Source: Eledone cirrhosa (taxonomy: Eukaryota). Taken from it: a DNA stretch of 64,000 nt. The notes under the pieces are model-generated. The model had not been told where the DNA came from. It worked only from the letters and a program-made list of their open reading frames with translations, and ran no database searches. Below are positions 28,007-36,848 of this stretch, in pieces (the first letter of the stretch is position 1; the number at the start of each line of letters is the position of its first letter). The DNA is taken from the NCBI GenBank assembly GCA_964016885.1, contig OZ024741.1:113956001-114020000 (forward strand), in the 5' to 3' direction. The position numbers were made by a program, and so were the translations under genes.

Positions 28007-28789
28007 CTATCTATCTATCTTTCTCTTTTTCTCGGTGATAATCTTAAATTACCTATGAGACCTTTACCAATTTCTAATTTGCTTTAACCCTTTTAATATC
28101 AACCTGTCTGAAACCACCCTGGGTTTATGATACAAGACTATTCATTTTAAAATGTTTATCCTTATATTAAAACAATTTTATTTCAGAAATGTTTGTTAAG
28201 TAATGTTCTAAATATCAGCAGTAACACTTTATTTTCAAACTCAATTGAAATATGATATGAAATGGTTAAGTCAAGTTTAAAAACAGACTTTTCTGTAACC
28301 TCTCAAAAACTTTCCTACATTATGCTTAATCATAATGATACCAATCCAAAATTACCCTTCGTTCTATTATACAAAACTATTTTTAAGTGTTTATATCTGT
28401 ATAAAAACATTCCATCCTAATTTTAAGTAAGAATTTTTTGTTAAGTGATGTTCCAAACAACACAAGCTTAAAAATGAGAAAATTATATCACTTGATTTCT
28501 CTAAATTCATCAATATTAAGCAAAATATACATTAACCCTGTCACTCCATATTCTACTATAACAGCAATAGTGTAAACATAGTCTCTACCAGATTCCCGTT
28601 AAAGCAGTAATGAACAATACAGCTAGCAAAAAAAAGATAAAATACTAAAACTAGACAACCGATCATATTGCACCTTTGTACTTACATGCGTTTATGACTC
28701 ACAGATAATGTATTTATTTGTGTTTAAATGTTTCCACTTTCTTACTGTTTATACTTATGGAAACATGCCACCACCATAAATGAAACTTA

Positions 28790-29210
28790 AGGGTCAGTCC
28801 ACCTTGTGGTCCCTGCTGACAGGATGGAGTAGACATTACCTCGGAGGATGGCAAGGGTGACACACTGGAACAGCCACTCCTCTTTGCAGGGCTTGCACCT
28901 ATGTGTAGTCAACTTCACTCCATTAACAGTAAGCAGGAATGTGGTCTGGAAGTTAAGAAGTCTCCAGTGCCATTGACTCAACCACAAACCTATTGGAGAG
29001 TGGCTGATACTTTGGCCTGGTAGGCAGAAAAGCCTGGGTTGGTAGTTGAATGCACCACATTGCCACTAGTGAAGGTGTCACATGTAGCATCCCAGATGAG
29101 GGGCCTACCCCAACAGAACAGGAAGATTGACATGTCTGGACTTTTGCCATCACTGTGGGTTAAGTTGTGTTGTGAACAGACCTGTTTATGAAGACACAGC
29201 AAGAGGTTAC
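28790..29210 (-). pseudogene. CRE-like non-LTR retrotransposon 3' fragment (restriction-like endonuclease)
   Basis: DGKSPD.MSIF..WGRPLIWDATCDTF, KYQPLSNRF...ALETS and WLFQCVTLAILRGN.YSIL across frames. This fits the RPDG..WD.T..DT / FQR.S.AI.RGN pattern of CRE-clade RLE domains. Confidence 0.7.
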
Positions 29211-30397
29211 CAATAAAAGAAAAGTCGGAAAGGTCAATGAGACTAGAGACCAGAAACTGAGGCCACCATATCTGATGGGTTGGTTGCCTCTGATGTCATG
29301 AAACCGGATGTTGCATATCTTTCCAGTTAATGGCATCTTCTAGAGCTGTTGTTTGCTCTTGCTTTTAATCAAAAGAATGGATTTTTTTTTTTTTTTTTGC
29401 AATGAAATAAGCATGTGATGAACTCAGTACTTGATCTGGTAAATGAGCCAGGTCTAGACTCTGTACAGATAAGCAAGTTGTTGATTATATTTATTCTATG
29501 GACGAAGCTGAGCAAGAATTTCAATAAGTTTACCCTTACAAAAACAGCAAAAGTGATTCGAACGATGAAACTTATGAAAGTGGTGTGAAAAGTAGCGATT
29601 CAGGTGAAAAATTTGGTGTGGCCCTCCCACAACTGATACTGATAGGGGTGGTGGAGATTATGTAAATCTAAATAAAGGGTGAGTAAACACATTAACTGTG
29701 CCTTATGTTGATTATGTCCATTAGTTTGCCTACAATCATTATTCTTGAGCTGTGTATGCAACTATTTATATTTTTGCTCAAGAGCCCCAATGAAGGGTAA
29801 AGTTAGACACAGGGGCCCAAGTCTGAGAGGGCTAAACCAATTCAAGTAACTTCCATTTGACATTCACTAAGACCATTAGATAGAGATAGATGAACCTCCA
29901 ACAATTTCACAATCAGTGTTCCAGATGTTCAATGAATGGCACAGTCATCATCATCATTATTTTTTACATTGACTTTTCCACGTTGGCATGGGTTGGGTGA
30001 CACTTTTTGGGGCAATGTTTTACAGCCAGATGTCTTTCCTGACATTAATTCTTTTGGTCACTTCTTATGTACCCATCCTAAACTAGATATGCACATCTAC
30101 TTCTGAAATTAAGATGCAAGTGGCAGAGCATACCATAGACATATGCTCTTTCAAGTAGTTTGATATCAAACTGCCTGTAGCCACCCCTGGTTTTACAAAA
30201 CAAAGCTGTTTGCTTTAAAATGTTTATATCTATCTAAAGACCTTTCCTCAGAATGTTATGTAAGATCCTATGCTTGAAACACCAACTTAATAACAAGAAT
30301 TATTTTACTAAATCCCTCCAAATTCTTGATCATTTGAAAATTATTTGAAAATCATAAGCAGTACCTTTCATTAGAAATAGGGACACAAAAGGCTTAA

Positions 30398-30618
30398 CCC
30401 TTTAGCATTCACACTGCTCTATATATACTGTTGTAATTTTTATGGTAAAGGCTTTATCGTACATAATATCTTACATAATATCGAGTCTATGAGATTTTGA
30501 TGTTATTTATTTTGAGAACAATACCTTAACATAAGTATGAGTAGCAAATTACCACTGGTTTGAACAGAAAGAGGTGATAGAATTCTGGCCAGATATGGCC
30601 AGTTTAAATGCTAAAGGG
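30398..30618 (+). mobile_element. piggyBac-type MITE family A (TIR CCCTTTAGCATT, TTAA TSD)
   Basis: TTAA-CCCTTTAGCATT...AATGCTAAAGGG-TTAA. Other copies: 22181-22401, 23815-24032 (reverse), 34956-35165 (reverse), ~42810-43019, 57445-57636. Confidence 0.85.
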
Positions 30619-31710
30619 TTAAGATAATTTTCAAAGCGATTCAATGTGGCAGAGCATGTGACAAGACTAATCCTTTGAATTATTGGTACAATCATATTCT
30701 GTATACCTTATTTTATTTACAAGTTTTGAGGCGACATTATGGTAAACAACACTTGCTCAAAATACCTTGAAGTTGGATCATACCAAAAACCTTATGATTG
30801 TAGAACAAACTTCTTAACCATACAGCCATAGTGCCTCCACAACCTTTAATAATTAATCCAATTAATTATTAGGTTGATCATGTATTAATCATTTAGTCTG
30901 TTGATTAGTCAAGCTGTCAGTCAGTCAAGTAAGCCACTCAACAAACCAGTCATCAAATGACACAAAAGATTAAGGAACATTACTTATTAATGAGTCTGCA
31001 AATACAGAACAAAAATGCAAATACATCAAAATCTATTTCATTAAATTTCTCAAGTTCTGTGAAACTTAACTTACTGGAAATCTTAATCTTAGCAAGGATA
31101 GACAGACACAAGAATAATTAGCTAGCCTCCATAAGGTTCCAACTTAATTATTTCCCAATCTTCTTCCATCAGCAATTGATTGATGTTCTTAAATTACCTA
31201 CCAGCCATACTGTCTCACCTGCAAAAACACACACCAGCTGCAATGAAAATCTGATTTTCAGTATCTGACAAATATATGATTATTGCTTTCCTTCTATGTT
31301 AACAGCAACTTCAGTTCAATGAGACGTGCTGAATGGAGAAATGCCATGAAACTACAGCGTGCAATCCAAGAGAGACATTAGATTAAGATACGAAGATAAA
31401 CATTTCAGCCTCTTTAGGCAACTGATACTTTAAAGTATCAGTTTCATCCAAGATGGTACTGATATAATGACATCTCAGAAAACTAATTATGGAATTATCT
31501 TTCATTAAGGGAATATCTTTCTGTGAACCTTGTAATGAAGTCAGTTCCAAGTAAGGCTAATAAATGAAAGCAGAGCTCACATATATTGCTTAAATATGAC
31601 GATAAATTATCTATATCTATAAAGTTTTAAATATTTATTATTGCTGTACAATATTAACCTACATGAAAGGTAGAGTATGCAAGTAAGCTGAAAGAGCATC
31701 TAAGAATTAA

Positions 31711-32388
31711 CCCTTTCATTACTATATTTCTAATGAAAGATACTGCCTATGATTTTCAAATAATTTCGAAAATAATCGAGAATTTGGAAGGATTTCGTAA
31801 TATAACTAACACTCTTATTATTGAGCTGGTATTTAGATACTGCACTAGGTTATAAATGCCTATAAATGCCTATAAATGCCTGTTGTAGGGGTGTTTGGAG
31901 TTGATCTTGCTGGGTTTTTAGCTCAGAGAGCAGAGAACTGGAATGAATACTACCAAGTATTTTATCCGATATTCTAATAACTCTGCTAATCTGCCATTCT
32001 ATAATTATTTCATAACTAAACAAATGGCTCTTATATAAAACTATGTGGGCATCAATCAACAAGATCCCAAACCTCATTTGCTTATCGAGTGGGGTGGAGC
32101 TCATCAAATTGGACCAAGGAAATAATGTTTCCATTGGTCTTTCCATTGCTGATACTATCAACTGTTCACAACTCCTGGCATAGAGAGTAACATAAAGTAA
32201 AATGACTTGCTCAAGGACATAACACATTGCCCAGTCTGAGAATCAAACTTACGACCACACAATTATAAATCTAATTCTCCAAGCACTAAGCTACACACTT
32301 TCCTTATGTAGGAAAATTTTTAATTTAAAATGGGTGGATTTGTTTCATAGAACCAGAGCTGGTTTTGGCTGGATTAGTATCAAAAGAG
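31711..32388 (-). mobile_element. MITE family B interrupted by two nested SINE fragments
   Basis: TTAA-CCCTTTCATTAC at the left end and GTATCAAAAGAG-TTAA at the right. SINE sequence lies at ~31890-32005 and 32050-32300. Confidence 0.6.
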
Positions 32389-32702
32389 TTAAATGTATTG
32401 GTTGATGCTTTAAACAGCGAAATATATTCTTTCTCATTGTTTACAGACAGATTCTCAATATTTACTTGTAAATAAAATTGAGTGTGTATGTGCCTGTGTG
32501 AGTATGTGTGTATGTGTGTGTGTGAGTGTGTATATGTGCGTACAGGCACATTTATTTCCATTAGATATTTGTTATATCATTAGAAGGAAGACAAGAATAA
32601 CAATGAAAGGAAAATATATGGCAAACATTAAAATCAGCAAGTGTTCAGCATTCATACAACACTTGGATACAGCAACTTTACTCTAGTCTGTATGTATTTA
32701 GT

Positions 32703-32980
32703 GGAGGTGCATAGCCTAGTGGTAAGGAGGGTGTTGGACTTACAATAATAATGACGTGGGGTTGATTCCTGGACTGGGTTATGTGTTGTGTCCTTGAGCA
32801 AAACATTTCATTTCACATTGCTCCAGTATACTTAGCTGAAAATGAGTACCAGCAATAACTGGGTTTTAACCCTGCAATGGACTGGTGTCATGTCTAGGGG
32901 TAAGTTTTGTACTCTCAGTTGCTTCACACCATGAAACCAGGATAAGCACGAGTCTTCTCGCTTAAGACAGACTTTAGATT
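32703..32980 (+). mobile_element. tRNA-headed SINE family 2 (central GTGTCCTTGAGCAAGACA, CORE-like)
   Basis: A-box TAGCCTAGTGG, B-box GGGTTGATTCC, central TTGTGTCCTTGAGCAAAACATTTCATTTCACATTGCTCCAG. Other copies: 8935-9060(-), 11430-11520(-), 21960-22110(-), 24390-24500(-), 26305-26560(-), 32050-32300(-), 33710-33800(-), 47018-47215(+), 48530-48645(-), 60500-60790(+). Confidence 0.8.
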
Positions 32981-32996
32981 TAGATCTGCATGTATA

Positions 32997-33027
<31 letters not shown>

Positions 33028-33239
33028 GTGCATGTGTATGAGTGTCATAAAATACTTGGATACAGCAATTTTACATGTATATCATCATCATCATCATCAT
33101 CATTTAACGTCTGTTTTCCCTGCTAGCAAGGGTTGGAAGAGCCTATATAGATCTTGTCAGTAGTGAAGCAGGGATACTGACCTCCCAGACAGGCTAAGAG
33201 GTCTGTTTTCTACTTATGTACAATTTATGTATAAGCACA

Positions 33240-33400
33240 AGGTGAGCAAGACATGCAAGGAGAGCAAGGAGAGCAGGGAGAGCAAGGAGAGCAAGGAAAG
33301 CAAGGTAGGAGGAGGGCAAGGTGTGTAAGGAGAGCAAAGGGAGTAACGAGAGTAAAGAGAGAGAGAGGAGAGTAAGAAGAGTAAGAAGAACAAGGTGATG
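33240..33400. repeat. Purine-rich 9-bp-based minisatellite (GGAGAGCAA)n
   Basis: Repeated GGAGAGCAA / GAAGAGTAA units. Confidence 0.7.
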
Positions 33401-33802
33401 AAGTGCCAACCACATTACAGTATATATATAGAGTGAGAGAGACACATAATACACATATGCATACATATATACATATACATAAACACACACACACATATGT
33501 ATATATATATACATATCATCATCATCATCATTTTACGTCCACTCTTCCCTGCTTGCAAGGATGGGACGGGAACTGATTCTGGCTTGATTTCTACAGCTGG
33601 ATGCCCTTCCTAACACCAACCTCATTTACAGTGAGTGCTGGGTGCTTTTTTGCCGTGGCACCTCCACGACCACTTTGCAGTGGAATGATATGGACCCAGT
33701 CCCTATCATCTCATTTCTACAGCTGAGTAAACTGGAGCAATGTGAAATAAAGTGTCTTGCTCAAGGAAACAACACATCACCTGGTCTGAGAATTGAACTA
33801 TG

Positions 33803-33848
<46 letters not shown>

Positions 33849-33879
33849 TATGTTGGTCCCACAACATCCAGGCCGAAAC

Positions 33880-34250
33880 AAATGAGATCGTGTAGGTGTC
33901 ACGACAAAAAACACACAGTCCACGCTGTAAATGTGGCCGTGTAGGCAACACGGTAAAAACCTCCCAGCCCCACACTGTAAATGTGGTTGGTGTTAGGAAG
34001 GGCATCCAGCTGTAGAAAACCAGCCAGACAGTCCACACTGTAATGTGGCCGTGTAGGCAACACGGTAAAAACCTCCCAGCCCCACACTGTAAATGTGGTT
34101 GGTGTTAGGAAGGGCATCCAACTGTAGAAAACCCGCCAGACAGTCCTATGCGAGCAAGACAACCACTCTTGCCTCAAGTGGGAAAACCCCCGTCCAAACC
34201 CATGCAAGCGTGGAACACGGACGCTAAACCTGATGATGATGATGATGATG
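33880..34250 (+). mobile_element. RTE-3'UTR-derived non-autonomous element with an internal ~113-bp tandem duplication
   Basis: Two near-identical units, 33918-34031 and 34032-34144, each containing TTAGGAAGGGCATCCA(G/A)CTGTAGAAAA, followed by a (GAT)n tail abutting (AT)n. Confidence 0.85.
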
Positions 34251-35777
34251 ATATATATATATATATATAAAATTGAAAAGAATGAAATGAAATTTCATTT
34301 CTCACTCTTAGTACGGCACTTACTTAAATGTAAGTATGTATGTATACGTACATACATATATGCATACAGACGTACAGTAGCATCTATATATATATATATA
34401 TATATACATATATACATACAGGCACACATATATATATGTACGTATCAGTTTAGCGTACATTTATTATAACGTCCGCTTTGTCCGTTTGTAAACAAACGGA
34501 CAGCCTGATTTATGCCGTACGGTGTTAAGGCAACCACGTCTCCTTTTTGTTCAACACTGACACAGGAACGATGTACTAGTTTCAAGCTTGTTAGCTATTG
34601 TCAGCACCGTATACTCTTCTGCCAGATGGTTGAATGTTCGAAAGTATATACTTTCCTTATGAAAATTAACAGCTGAGCAGCCTAATTTGCATATATATAT
34701 GAACATAGCACACCTATGAAAATATTCCACCTCACTCTCTACCCAGAAGCACCCTCACCTCATTTTAAATCCTAACACACCAGTCATAACTCCTTAGTAA
34801 CCATCAGCGTTCATCATAATCCCCCCATATACACACCCCCTATCTGAGATCATCTCACTCCTCCCTCCCACCACCATGCCAAATGTCACTACACTTGTCA
34901 TTTGCCCATAACATATTTCCCACCCCTTCTCTTCACACATCATTCCTCCGTTTAACCCATTAGCATTTAAACTGGTTGTATCCGGCCAGAATTATCTCAC
35001 ATCTTTCTGTTAAAACCAGCAGTAACTGGCCACTCATACTGATGTTAAAGTATTGTTCTCAAAATAAATAACATCAAAATCTCATAGATTCAATATTATG
35101 AGATAATAATGTGAGGTAAAACCTTTACCATGAAAATACAATAGTATATATAGAGTAAGGCAAATACTAGACACTGTACTTTTCCTCCCTATCCCACTTA
35201 CTATCACCCATGACATATTTATCACTCTTACCTTCTCCATCCTATTGTTGACTACACCATCATATCCCCCACCCCATAGGGTAGAGAGGACTTTTTGCGA
35301 TTGACACAACAAACTCTCATATTTCCACCATGAAAAATGTACCCAATACACACTGTAAGGTGGTTGGTGATAGTAAGGACATCCTACTGTAGAAAACATG
35401 CCAAAAAAAAGATGAGAAGACTACTAAATTGTGTCAAAAGCATAACAACCCCTCTAGTGTTTGTGTGGACATGAAAAGTAAAGTAGTTGGTGATAGTAAG
35501 GGCATCCTGCCATAGAACAAATGCCAAACAAAGACTCAACAGGACCCTTCAGTTGTGCCAAAAGACATGACTAGCTCCATAGTGCTGGTGACATGATAAA
35601 AGACACCTGTCTAAGCCTTCCATGCAGAGAAAATGAACGAATGCTGCTGATGATAATACTGATAATATATATATATTTGCAAGTTTTTTTTAAATCTGAA
35701 TACATATGTTGAAACAGATATTGTCATACTTTGGGGAACATGACCCTCCCAAAGTATAACATTATATATATATATAT

Positions 35778-36533
35778 ATCATCATCATCATCATCATCAC
35801 CGTTTTACGTCCGTTCTTCCACGCTAGCATGGGTTAGACGGGTTGTCCTGTTGTGGGCAATGTCTGGTCGGCTGACCATGCCTTGCTCATACAGGAACTG
35901 ATCTGGCTTGATTTCTACAGCTGGATGCCCTTCCTAACACCAACCTCATTTACAGTGAGTGCTGGGTGCTTTTTCGTGGCGCCTACACGTCCACTTTAAA
36001 GTGTGGGCTGGGTGCTTTTTTGCCGTGGCACCTCCACGACCACCTTGCGGTGGGGGGAGTGGGGGCATATTGTTTATATGCTTCAGCATGTACCCATGGG
36101 AGGTCGGGTACTCTGTATTACTGCGTGACGCCAGAAGTCACGGTCGTGTGTCATTGACTTTGAGAGGTGTAGTTGGGTAAGGTCGGCTTTTATCACCTCA
36201 TCCCAAGTCATCTTGGGTCTCCCCACTCCGCGGTTTCCATCAACTTCTAGTGCTCTGCACCTTTTTATGCAGCTGTCATCCTTCATACGCATCACATGTC
36301 CATACCAGCGTAACCGCCTCTCCTGCACGCATCATTTGATTCCTCTTATGCTCAGTCTCTCTCTCAATTCCTTTATGCTTTGTCGTTCACGTATATTACT
36401 GTTACACATCCATCGGAGCATGCAGGCTTCGTTTCTCTCTAATCTACGTAAGTCTTCCACCTTCAGCGCCCAGGTCTCACTACCATGCAACATCGCTGTT
36501 CGGATACACGCATCATACAGTCTGCCTTTCATT
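35778..36533 (-). mobile_element. Short 5'-truncated copy of the same RTE family
   Basis: ORFs 36332-36532 and 36083-36328 match the RT C-terminus and are split by TGC>TGA. Same 3'UTR and (CAT)n tail abutting (AT)n. Confidence 0.95.
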
Positions 36534-36610
36534 GCCTCAAGTGGGAAAACTCCCGTCCAAACCCATGCAAGCGTGGAATATGGACGTTAAACGATGATGA
36601 TGATGATGAT
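36534..36610 (+). mobile_element. Isolated 3' tail of a sibling RTE-tailed element
   Basis: GCCTCAAGTGGGAAAACTCCCGTCCAAACCCATGCAAGCGTGGAA..GGACGTTAAAC(GAT)n, matching the tails at 34171-34250 and 26948-27025. Confidence 0.85.
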
Positions 36611-36654
36611 ATATATATATATATATGCACACACATATATATATATAAATATAT

Positions 36655-36687
<33 letters not shown>

Positions 36688-36848
36688 AATATATACAGGT
36701 ACACACAAGAAACAATAATTTGTATTTGACTTGAATGTTAGTTGAAATAAGTCTATTGGGAAATGTCTATCTACAGGAGATGAGAGTGAAGGTCAGGTGA
36801 GTTTTTCATTGGGATGATAACCTGCTAAATCACTGAAATAGTTAAAGT

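Noticed and set aside
29400-29660. Acidic stretch resembling a piggyBac transposase N-terminus (also 44154-44220)
   Set aside because: Composition only; no catalytic motifs or linked TIR could be verified.
33194-33514. Leu-rich, signal-peptide-like ORF
   Set aside because: Produced by the (GGAGAGCAA)n minisatellite and flanking microsatellites.
36777-36796. Possible 20-nt microexon (CTACAG / GTGAGT)
   Set aside because: Poor pyrimidine tract; such signal pairs are expected by chance in 64 kb; needs RNA-seq.
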